Below the pieces are notes generated by a model. The model was not told where the DNA came from. It saw only the letters and a list, made by a program, of their open reading frames with translations, and did not search any database. DNA of 63,068 nucleotides, counting the filler, from Hausera hauseri (taxonomy: Eukaryota), in the NCBI GenBank assembly GCA_046269625.1. It is 11 parts of 11 records of this genome, joined end to end, with 100 filler letters (N's around TTAATTAATTAA, not from the genome) between each part and the next. Parts side by side here need not be neighbours in the genome. Positions count along the whole stretch, not along the records: positions 58,718 to 63,068 come from JBJURY010622443.1; 10 more parts are not named here. One strand, written 5' to 3'. This document shows positions 63,061-63,068 of this stretch, piece after piece (position 1 is the stretch's first letter; every line of letters starts with the position of its first letter). A program made the position numbers and the translations under genes.

Positions 63061-63068
63061 GGATTCGG

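Overview
This is not one locus. It is 11 unrelated eukaryotic contigs (about 4.3-8.3 kb each) joined by ten identical 100-bp artificial spacers (N44-TTAATTAATTAA-N44). Ten contigs look like an AT-rich, short-intron invertebrate; a fish-parasitic flatworm is my inference. One contig (8370-14715) is teleost DNA, carrying a V-SINE, L2, Rex3/Expander and an intronless tandem pseudokinase-kinase HIPK-like gene. The invertebrate contigs are mostly decayed mobile DNA: Ty3/gypsy including CsRn1-like elements, Polinton/adintovirus-type pPolB and protease, piggyBac, Tc1 and a complex ~330-bp-subunit repeat. They also hold one intact-looking ACSL3/4 5' half and many broken housekeeping-gene fragments (HIBCH, COG2, KCNH, NDOR1, SF3B3, NUP35, CSE1L). 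The best candidate for an undescribed system is a large Ty3/gypsy family reconstructed from two homologous copies (25354-30016 and 40223-47065). Its order is gag zinc knuckle - long helical region - ubiquitin-like domain - AT-hook - signal peptide - class III (chuvirus/gB-like) glycoprotein - PR-RT-RH-IN - second signal-peptide-led Cys-repeat protein. That places env upstream of pol and adds a second surface protein. A second candidate is a tandem Cys/His domain with a conserved intron directly after ATG, found in three Polinton-like contigs. All family assignments are motif recognition by eye; no searches were run.
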